32,000 bases of DNA from NCBI GenBank assembly GCA_963843975.1, contig CAWJMG010000003.1, forward strand, positions 2,460,001-2,492,000. The letters run 5' to 3'. The notes under the pieces were generated by a model that saw nothing but the letters and a program-made list of their open reading frames with translations, was not told where the DNA came from and did no database searches. Both the position numbers and the translations under genes were made by a program. Of this stretch, positions 1 through 6,624 are shown one piece after another (within the stretch, counting starts at the first letter, position 1; each line of letters begins with the position of its first letter). Source of the stretch: an uncultured Actinomycetes bacterium. Its GTDB lineage: Bacteria > Actinomycetota > Actinomycetes > S36-B12 > CAIYMF01.

Positions 1-1155
1 AAGCGACCTGAGGTACATCCCAGTCCCGGCAGTCCGACCGACGCCGCGCGGGAGGTCGTCGCGCTCAACGCTGCGCGCGATGTCGGCCCAGTCGGTCACC
101 ATCACGTCGAGCGCCGGGCCGTCCAGCAGTCGCGGTTCATCGTCGCCCCAGGCCTTCAGCCAGGGCTCGCTCACGAACTCAGCGTCGGCCCACCACCCAT
201 CGGGGATGTCGCGTTGGCTGCTCGTGCGGTACGCCATGAGGAGGATGAGGTCGTGGCCTGCCGCGACCCGTTCGAACAGGCTGAGAGAGGGCAGTTTCGG
301 TGCGGTGCTCGTCACGTACGGCTGCATCCGGGCCAGCGCCCCCCCGTCCTTGTAGTGCCGTAGCCCGTCGTGACCGGAGTACCGCGAGCTACCCATGTCG
401 AACATGGCCGTGTAGAACGGGACGTCGAGGTAGCTGACGTCCACTGTCTTCTCGCGGAACGCCCCCGCGGCGGCCGCGGCCGCCGCGGCCGCCGTGAACA
501 GGTCCTCCGCAGCAGCGCGGATGCGCTCACCCGGCTCGCCGAACAGCGCATCGTCGACGGCGAGGTGTCCCCACGCAGCAACGTCCGAGAGCAACAACCC
601 GGTCAGTTCGCTCGAGGATCGGGGTCGCGCCCCCAGCGCGGCGACGACGACCGCGGGGCAGCGCCCTCCCGTCGCGTCGTCGGCCGCAAGCAGTGCTTGC
701 GTCGCGAGGTCCGGAAGCCCGGCCGCTTGGCACAGGCTCGCGTCGAGCAGACCGGCGGTCGCGGCGTGCTCAGGCTCACCGGCCTTCCCGTACTTGACTG
801 CGAGCCCGAGCTGCTCGTGCGCTGCGACAGCGTCCCCGAGGTGGAGCAGCGCAACCGCGCGCAGCAGGTAGGGCGCACCTCGGTACGGGTACGCGTCGAT
901 GCTGCCGGACGCATCGCGTACCGCATCGTCGTACCACCCGTGCTCGAGCGCCGTCGCCGCGCGGCGACACAGCTCGTCACCAGCCGCCCAGGTCGGGTTC
1001 GTGAGCGTTGTGGCGATGAGAGACGCGGTCGCGTTCAGCTGTGCTAGCTGAGCTTCAACCCTGCTCAGGTCGACGACCACGGTCGTCGCCGACCCGCCAC
1101 CGAACGAACCCGCGAGCTGGTTCAACGCATGCGCTGAGAACCCACTGATCGTCAC
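1..1155 (-). CDS. hypothetical protein, 3'-truncated by the window edge (helical/TPR-like N-terminal part, poly-Ala linker, unrecognised C-terminal domain)
   Basis: Absent from the ORF track because it runs off the left edge. Hand translation of the reverse strand from GTG 1155-1153 gives 385 uninterrupted codons down to position 1, with strong G/C third-position bias (VTISGFSAHALNQLAG...AYPYRGAPYLLRAVALLHLGDAVAAHEQLGLAVKYG...AAAAAAAAAGAFREKTVDVSYLDVPFYTAMFDMGSSRYSGHDG...). The start is uncertain: in-frame ATG 1215 and GTG 1221 are also open, but third-position bias drops upstream of 1155. Confidence 0.6.
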   Translation of the reverse strand, partial: MTISGFSAHALNQLAGSFGGGSATTVVVDLSRVEAQLAQLNATASLIATTLTNPTWAAGDELCRRAATALEHGWYDDAVRDASGSIDAYPYRGAPYLLRAVALLHLGDAVAAHEQLGLAVKYGKAGEPEHAATAGLLDASLCQAAGLPDLATQALLAADDATGGRCPAVVVAALGARPRSSSELTGLLLSDVAAWGHLAVDDALFGEPGERIRAAAEDLFTAAAAAAAAAGAFREKTVDVSYLDVPFYTAMFDMGSSRYSGHDGLRHYKDGGALARMQPYVTSTAPKLPSLSLFERVAAGHDLILLMAYRTSSQRDIPDGWWADAEFVSEPWLKAWGDDEPRLLDGPALDVMVTDWADIARSVERDDLPRGVGRTAGTGMYLRSL

Positions 1156-1399
1156 ATCTGCCCCGTTCCTCAAGTGCGACGATCTTGGCAGGCGTTCAGG
1201 ACGTTTCGAGGGCATTCGCACGCCGAGTTCGATCGCGCGGCGTAGCCGGGGCCGGAGCTCCCCGGGCCGGCGTTCACCATGTCCGGGTCAACGGCGTCGA
1301 TCCGCATGCGGGCAGAGCGTCCCGGAACTGGCGACCCACCATGACCGACCCGGCCACCGCCCACCCAGACGGCGCCCGTGAGTCTGTAGCGGTCTGTCG

Positions 1400-1416
1400 C
1401 CGCTGACAGTCAGCGG
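1400..1416. promoter_or_regulatory. perfect 8+1+8 palindrome CCGCTGAC-A-GTCAGCGG in a divergent intergenic region (candidate operator)
   Basis: Read directly from the sequence. It lies 85 bp upstream of the lipoprotein start at 1501, in the 345-bp gap between divergent genes. A 9-bp direct repeat ATCGGTAGC follows at 1430-1438 and 1472-1480. Confidence 0.25.
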
Positions 1417-1500
1417 TTCCTCGATCTTGATCGGTAGCCTCGTCTCGGCAGAGGGGGCTGGAGTGTCCGGAATCGGTAGCTGGCACGCTGGGGATCCGCG

Positions 1501-3222
1501 TTGTGCGCGATCTCCCTGGTGCTGGCTGGGTGTACAAGCGCAACCGACCAGCCAAGCGCGTCGTCCACGCCGACGCTCTCCCCGGCAGTCGGCGGCACGG
1601 CCGAGTTGAATGGAGTAACGGTCAAGGTCCCACCGGACGCCGTGGCCTCGGCCACCACGATGGAACTGACCGATGGTGGATCACCCGAGGCGCCTGACGG
1701 TGTCACCCCGATCAGCAACCTGGTACGGGTCAACCTCAGCGGGGTGAAGCTCCAGAAGCCAGCAACCATCAGCTTCCCTCGACCGACGGGCACGGGCGAG
1801 GACCCACTCGTGGTGATGTGGGAAGACGGCCAAGGCGGCTGGATGGCACTGCCGACTCGGTCTTCATCGACCCGAGTGTCCGCCCAGACCGTCCACTTCT
1901 CGGGTGGATTCCTCGCTCGGATCGACGTCCAGGCGTGGGCGTCTTCACGCCTAGAAGACCTGAAGAACTACATCACAGGACGCTCGGATGTCGATCAGCC
2001 CACCTGCGGCGACGAGGGTGCGGCGCGCGCGGGCGGGGTCAAACTGCTGAGCGATGGTGGGGACTCGGTCAAGTGGTGCTACGGAGTTGAAGACGGGCAC
2101 ACCGTCGTCAAGGTGGCCAACAACCGGCGGACTTTCACGAGCGTGACCTACCCGAAGGCATGGAAGGTCAAGAACGGGGCGAGCATCTCGATCAGCGCAG
2201 ACACGCTTGCTCGCGCGCTCGGCACCTGGGCAGCCGAGGCCGTGAGTCGCGGCAAGGCCGCCCGCGTCGTGGACGGTGGAGACACCCTCACGCTGGTCCT
2301 TCCCGACGGGGCCTCCGGGCGCGTGACGGCGGAATCCGACTTCACCGCGTGGTCTGTGAGTGCAATCGCGTTCGGGTTGGAGATCGCTTCCGGAGTGCGC
2401 TCCGCTTTCGGTGTCGAGGCTGGGGACTCCTTCGGCAGGTTCATGTCCGTGGTGACTGGCGGGGGGCCCGACTTCGAGAGTTACACGGCCGCCTTGAAGA
2501 CGTGCACCAAGGCGATCGGAGAGCTTGTGAAGTCCAATGCCGACGCGGCTGAGGCAGCATCGGATGTCTTGAAGTTGATGTGGAAGTGCGTTCCGTCGCT
2601 GGCAGCTGCTGATCTGAAGGCGACGGGATGGACGATGTTCGGTGCGGGGATCTTCCTCCAGATGCTCGTTGGTGCGGTCGCAGCGATCCTCACGGCAGTG
2701 AACCTGCTCGTCACCGGGATCCGAGAGATCTGGGACGAGGTTGCATCGTTCGGCGGCAAGAGCGACGCGATCTACGACATCGTCATCCGCCAGCCCTTGC
2801 CACCGCTGACGGTGGGCTTGCCTTGGGGGCCTTACCAGAGCGGATATGGCGAGACACGCCCTAGCGTGGTGTTCAACGGCGGGGACCCCACGGGCCTGGT
2901 CACAGGCATCACGTGGGATTCGTGGGGTGGAGATGTGGCCACCGGTTCCGGATACAGCGACTTCGTACCCGACGGGTACGCCGTGGCAGAGGGCCACCAG
3001 GCCAAGGTTCGCATCTACGCGTGGGACCCAGGGCCCTGTGCCGACCAGCAGGCCTACAGGCTCGTGGACTGGTACTTCCCGGACGAGCCGGGAAGCTGGG
3101 CGAAACCCGACCTGGGCGACTCCTACGACGCCCTGAACACAGACCGGTACTACGACCTATGCGTGCCGGAGTGGCGGGACTACCTCGACACCTTCACGAA
3201 GTCCCAGGAGTTCGCTCCGTGA
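1501..3222 (+). CDS. hypothetical lipoprotein / membrane-associated protein, 573 aa, no recognised family
   Basis: Track ORF with good G/C third-position bias. TTG start. The N-terminus MCAISLVLAGCTS contains a lipobox-like LAGC. An internal hydrophobic helix is present (WTMFGAGIFLQMLVGAVAAILTAVNLLVTGI). The n-region of the signal peptide is very short, because an in-frame stop at 1477 prevents extension, so the start or signal call is uncertain. Confidence 0.6.
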   Translation: MCAISLVLAGCTSATDQPSASSTPTLSPAVGGTAELNGVTVKVPPDAVASATTMELTDGGSPEAPDGVTPISNLVRVNLSGVKLQKPATISFPRPTGTGEDPLVVMWEDGQGGWMALPTRSSSTRVSAQTVHFSGGFLARIDVQAWASSRLEDLKNYITGRSDVDQPTCGDEGAARAGGVKLLSDGGDSVKWCYGVEDGHTVVKVANNRRTFTSVTYPKAWKVKNGASISISADTLARALGTWAAEAVSRGKAARVVDGGDTLTLVLPDGASGRVTAESDFTAWSVSAIAFGLEIASGVRSAFGVEAGDSFGRFMSVVTGGGPDFESYTAALKTCTKAIGELVKSNADAAEAASDVLKLMWKCVPSLAAADLKATGWTMFGAGIFLQMLVGAVAAILTAVNLLVTGIREIWDEVASFGGKSDAIYDIVIRQPLPPLTVGLPWGPYQSGYGETRPSVVFNGGDPTGLVTGITWDSWGGDVATGSGYSDFVPDGYAVAEGHQAKVRIYAWDPGPCADQQAYRLVDWYFPDEPGSWAKPDLGDSYDALNTDRYYDLCVPEWRDYLDTFTKSQEFAP

Positions 3223-3297
3223 TCCACCCGCTACGTTGCGTCAGACGATGGACGGCGGGTAACGCTCGACCTGCACCGTAGCCGCTCGCGGGTCCAC

Positions 3298-3666
3298 GTG
3301 TCCCCCGATCGTGTTGCCGAACACCGAGAAGGGCGGGGAGCCTTACTCGAGTACTCACTCCAGTTCGCAGCACTCCAGCTCGATGAGTTGTATCCGGACT
3401 TCCCCGACGCCATCGACGACTTCTTCGGGATCCTCCGCGACGCGTTCGGGCCGGATGTCCTTCCAGGCGGACAGATCGCCAAGGAAGTACGCGACAGGGT
3501 GGCGGGCATCCCGGTCGAATCTCGTCTCGCCTTGGGCTTCGCGGCTCAACCACACGGGATCGTCAGCAGTGCCGCGGACCGGACCCAGGCCGAAGCCAGC
3601 GGGATCGCGGCCACTACGGCCATCGAGTTGGTTCACATGTACAAGACGGTCGTCAGCCGGTTCTGA
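3298..3666 (+). CDS. small hypothetical protein (about 105-122 aa)
   Basis: Track ORF. Roughly 80% G/C at third codon positions in this frame, while the overlapping minus-strand ORFs look like shadow frames. No motif recognised. The start codon is uncertain (GTG 3298). Confidence 0.45.
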   Translation: MSPDRVAEHREGRGALLEYSLQFAALQLDELYPDFPDAIDDFFGILRDAFGPDVLPGGQIAKEVRDRVAGIPVESRLALGFAAQPHGIVSSAADRTQAEASGIAATTAIELVHMYKTVVSRF

Positions 3667-3770
3667 CGAACCGATCGACGAACAGTGGTGCCAGCCATGC
3701 CATGATTTCGAGACTTCGAGTCAGCCCCAGATTTCCCGGAACGATTTCTGGAGCTAATCCCGGAGGTGCC

Positions 3771-3843
3771 GGGCCGTTAGCTCAACTGGCAGAGCAGCGG
3801 ACTTTTAATCCGCGGGTTCTGGGTTCGATCCCCAGGCGGCCCA
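3771..3843 (+). tRNA. tRNA-Lys (anticodon UUU)
   Basis: 73-nt cloverleaf built by hand. Acceptor GGGCCGT/GCGGCCC; D-arm GCTC-AACTGGCA-GAGC. Anticodon stem GCGGA/TCCGC with loop CTTTTAA; variable GGGTT; T-arm CTGGG-TTCGATC-CCCAG; discriminator A. CCA is not encoded (the next bases are CCC). Confidence 0.93.
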
Positions 3844-3848
3844 CCCGT
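3807..3848. repeat. direct repeat copy 1 (attL-like), overlapping the 3' part of tRNA-Lys
   Basis: AATCCGCGGGTTCTGGGTTCGATCCCCAGGCGGCCCACCCGT is identical to 6453-6494. Identity extends to 47 nt from 3802 with one mismatch (T3806 versus C6452). Confidence 0.9.
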
Positions 3849-3951
3849 TCTGCCAGCGGAGATGCCGACTTACGCCGCTGCAAGACCGCCGGGGACGGAT
3901 CCGTGCCCTCCGCGCCCCCTCCAGCGTCGGCGGGTGCCCTCCTCGGACGTG

Positions 3952-4485
3952 CTACTCCACCGGTGGATCGCTCGGGACCCCGAGGTCGTCGCGAATCGCT
4001 GCGATGAAGAGCTTCTCGCTGACGTCGTACTCGCCCATGGCGTCGAAGTAGGTGGCGTCTGGCCGACCGTAACGAACGTTCTTGCTGATCGCGTAGAGCG
4101 CGTCATACGCCTCGTTGGCCGCACGCACGACCCGAGGTACGCCGAAGATCCGCACCTTGAGAAGGGCAGACCAAGCCGCGTACTGCCAGTCCTCAGGCAA
4201 CTCCTCGGCCACGGTGCTGCCGTGTGCGAACTGTTCGACCTGGATGACGGTGCTGTGCAGAGCTTCGTAGAAAGACCAGTACGCGGCCCGGCGCTCGTCG
4301 AACGTCCGGGCAGCATCTTCACGCGCCCAGACCTCGCGGTCCTTGGCCCTCTCCTGCTCCCATCGAACGTCCTCACGCTTAGCGCTGCTCCGGAGCGTCA
4401 GCATGACGCCCGTCAGCGTGCCGACCATGCCAAGCACAGCGACGGCGAGTGGGACCCAAAGGGGCGTCGTGTTCATCGGGTCCAT
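3952..4485 (-). CDS. single-pass membrane protein, 177 aa, unknown function (islet gene C)
   Basis: The track ORF 3952-4737 is trimmed to ATG 4485, giving MDPMNTTPLWVPLAVAVLGMVGTLTGVMLTLRSS. The upstream 84 codons are Arg-rich with poor third-position bias. One N-terminal TM helix is followed by a charged helical soluble domain (REDVRWEQERAKDREVWAREDAARTFDERRAAYWSFYEAL...). No obvious Shine-Dalgarno sequence. Confidence 0.55.
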   Translation of the reverse strand: MDPMNTTPLWVPLAVAVLGMVGTLTGVMLTLRSSAKREDVRWEQERAKDREVWAREDAARTFDERRAAYWSFYEALHSTVIQVEQFAHGSTVAEELPEDWQYAAWSALLKVRIFGVPRVVRAANEAYDALYAISKNVRYGRPDATYFDAMGEYDVSEKLFIAAIRDDLGVPSDPPVE

Positions 4486-4774
4486 CGTGGAGGTGGCACC
4501 GAGCGGCCACGACGCGCCACGCCGGACGTGATGAGGCCCGACCACTACGGGGGATGAGTGGCCGGGCCTCCGGAGACAGGCTACGCGCGGCGTAGCGCTG
4601 TGACGTTCGCGCTCTCGACCTCCGCGCGCTCCCGCTCGGCGGCAACCCACGCGTCGTAGCGCGCGCTGCTGCGGATGACCTCGGACAGCAGCGGCTATTC
4701 GCAGGAGAAGATGACCGAACTGGAGGCGGTCCGACACTCAATGGAAGACCCCGTCAACGTCCAGACACAGGCGA

Positions 4775-5521
4775 TTAGAAGACGATGCCCACGACATCTT
4801 CGATGAAACTCGACGCCTTCTTCACACCGGGCCGGTACCGGGTCGGATGCCCAGAGCGATTCCTGAGATCAAGGCCTTCCCCAAGCGTCTGCCACTGACC
4901 CTTGTCGATCACGCCCAACTCGCGAGCGGCCAACAGGGTTGTAACGTCCTTGATGGCTGCGAAGTCTTCGATCTTCTGCACACGCTTCGCCTTGGGATCG
5001 TGCTTGGTGATCGCGGCATTCAGTGCTGCGGCTCCGTGCGCAAGGCACTTCTCCTGAACTACTCGGATCGCCCCAGACCAGAGGAACACCACGGCAGCGC
5101 GGAGCGCCCCCGCCTGGAGGCAGAGCACAGACTCCTCGACGTAACTCCGCACCACGTCGTCCGCGATTGACTGAGCCAGACTGGTGAGAGTGGACGCATC
5201 ATTCACGACGTCGATGTCGCCGGGGTCCGCCTGGACGATTCCCTTCACGTATGCCACACCGGAATCGGTCAGGTGCCATTGGAGGCGCGCTCCGCCGCCC
5301 TTGGTGGAGTCAACGAGGTGACCCGCCTTCCCGAGCACATCCGACACGTTGACGGAGGCGTGCCCAGGCACGCGTGCCTTCTTGAGCCCGGCTCGGATAT
5401 CAACTGAGGAAATCGCTTCGGCGTCGCCGAGCCTCGTCTCGAAATACAGGATCGCAAGCACTTGGTCCCGACGGGACGACTTCCTCAGCGGCGCCAAGAA
5501 CTCGGCGAGGGTCTGGGCCAC
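4775..5521 (-). CDS. wHTH-like N-terminal domain fused to a HEPN-type (DUF4145-like) C-terminal domain, 248 aa (islet gene B)
   Basis: Track ORF with a GTG start 2 nt after the stop of the upstream gene. The C-terminal helical domain ends in LDLRNRSGHP, which matches R-N-x-x-x-H, the Rx4-6H HEPN signature (codons at 4847-4864). It is preceded by SYVEESVLCLQAGALRAAVVFLWSGAIRVVQEKC, typical of the first HEPN helices. TAA stop. Confidence 0.65.
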   Translation of the reverse strand: MAQTLAEFLAPLRKSSRRDQVLAILYFETRLGDAEAISSVDIRAGLKKARVPGHASVNVSDVLGKAGHLVDSTKGGGARLQWHLTDSGVAYVKGIVQADPGDIDVVNDASTLTSLAQSIADDVVRSYVEESVLCLQAGALRAAVVFLWSGAIRVVQEKCLAHGAAALNAAITKHDPKAKRVQKIEDFAAIKDVTTLLAARELGVIDKGQWQTLGEGLDLRNRSGHPTRYRPGVKKASSFIEDVVGIVF

Positions 5522-5523
5522 CG

Positions 5524-6141
5524 TCAGATCGCGGCCGGACGCTTGAGCATCGTGTGCTCGACGAAGTTGACGCCGTTGATGCTGACACGGATGTCATCCC
5601 GCTTGGTCGATGACAGGTAGTTCTTGGTGCCAGCGACCGACAGCTTGTTCGACAGGTTCGCGGGGATCGGCCACGCGGCGTCCCGGAAGCAGGTGAAGAC
5701 TCGATCGCCCGTTGTGGACTCCTCGCCCACCTCATGAGTGAGCCAGTATGCCGCGACGAGGCACTGTTCGACCTGGTTCTTCGGCTGCGTTACCGCCACG
5801 AAGTCCTTGAACGAACGCTTCCCCTTCGGAACCAGGTTGAGTTCCTTGTCGACCTTGAACGGCCCCGTCGGTGCGGCGCGCTTGGATCGTGGCTTCGTGG
5901 GATCGACGGTGGCGGTCTTCCGTGCAGGCGCCGTCTTGCGCGGACGGTTGGCGGGCGGCTTGTTCCCCGTGGCCGTGTCGCTACCTTCCCTCAGCGGAGA
6001 CGAACCAGGTGAATCATCCGTCAGAGCAGCAAGGAGCGCCTCGAACGCAGCCCGCTGGATTTCGGGCGCTGTGAAGGCGTTGACGGCCTTGGCCATCTCC
6101 GGCAACCGCGCGAGTAGCGCCTCGAACTCCTCGTCCGCCAT
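5524..6141 (-). CDS. hypothetical protein, 205 aa: helical N-terminus, basic Pro/Lys/Arg-rich disordered linker, wHTH-like C-terminal domain (islet gene A)
   Basis: Track ORF. ATG 6141 is preceded by GGAGGG on the minus strand (plus strand CCCTCC at 6148-6153), 6 nt upstream of the ATG. The linker reads GNKPPANRPRKTAPARKTATVDPTKPRSKRAAPTGP. The C-terminal part is co-linear with the N-terminus of the downstream HEPN protein. Confidence 0.65.
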   Translation of the reverse strand: MADEEFEALLARLPEMAKAVNAFTAPEIQRAAFEALLAALTDDSPGSSPLREGSDTATGNKPPANRPRKTAPARKTATVDPTKPRSKRAAPTGPFKVDKELNLVPKGKRSFKDFVAVTQPKNQVEQCLVAAYWLTHEVGEESTTGDRVFTCFRDAAWPIPANLSNKLSVAGTKNYLSSTKRDDIRVSINGVNFVEHTMLKRPAAI

Positions 6142-6452
6142 GTTGACCCTCCACTCAACCGATGTCGTCCAGATGGATCATGACATCGCGTCTGGCTTGC
6201 GTGTTGGCGCCCCGCCGCGCTCCTTCCGTGTGTGTGCGGCCGAATGGCGGCGTTGCCCCGTCTCATGTTCGGTCGGGCGCATCTCGCACCCTCCAAATGC
6301 CCTCCAGCGTGGCGGACCGTAGACGAGTTGGCGACTCCTCGCCGTACCCCGATACCGTCGAAAGTGGCTCGCCGACATGGTGTTCCGGTGTCCAACGGGC
6401 GGGTTCTACGCTCGGACCGGAACAAGTGGTCAGTACTTGGACCCTCGCTTTC

Positions 6453-6494
6453 AATCCGCGGGTTCTGGGTTCGATCCCCAGGCGGCCCACCCGT
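6453..6494. repeat. direct repeat copy 2 (attR-like), orphan tRNA-Lys 3' fragment
   Basis: Identical to 3807-3848. The sequence upstream of 6448 shows no resemblance to a tRNA 5' half, so this is a displaced 3' fragment and not a second tRNA gene. Confidence 0.9.
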
Positions 6495-6624
6495 GCGACG
6501 GCTTGCTTACCGCTCGTCCAGGGGGCGGGAGCGGCTCTCAAGACATCCCTCCACGACACTGGCCGCGAGTATCGTCCGGGCTGCCGGCGGCACCCCGCGG
6601 GCGCTGCTGGAGGGGAGCAAGGCA

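Larger units (their letters stand above)
3849..6452. mobile_element. 2.6-kb integrase-less insert at tRNA-Lys (decayed integrative element or cis-mobilisable islet)
   Basis: Bracketed by the 42-bp direct repeat of the tRNA 3' part. GC on sampled lines is lower (58-63%) than the backbone. Gene 4775-5521 uses a rare TAA stop. The three ORFs are all on the minus strand. No integrase, excisionase or replication motif was recognised. Confidence 0.6.

Noticed and set aside
6232-6624. N-terminal extensions suggested by the track for several genes: 6232 for the hydrolase, 18398 for the kinase, 24240 for Dps, 24830 for the SGNH hydrolase, 29460 for kbl, 29648 for tdh, 4737 for islet gene C and 10613 for SulP.
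   Set aside because: The extensions overlap upstream genes or are Arg-rich with poor third-position bias. Internal starts with Shine-Dalgarno motifs or stop/start overlaps give family-typical N-termini.
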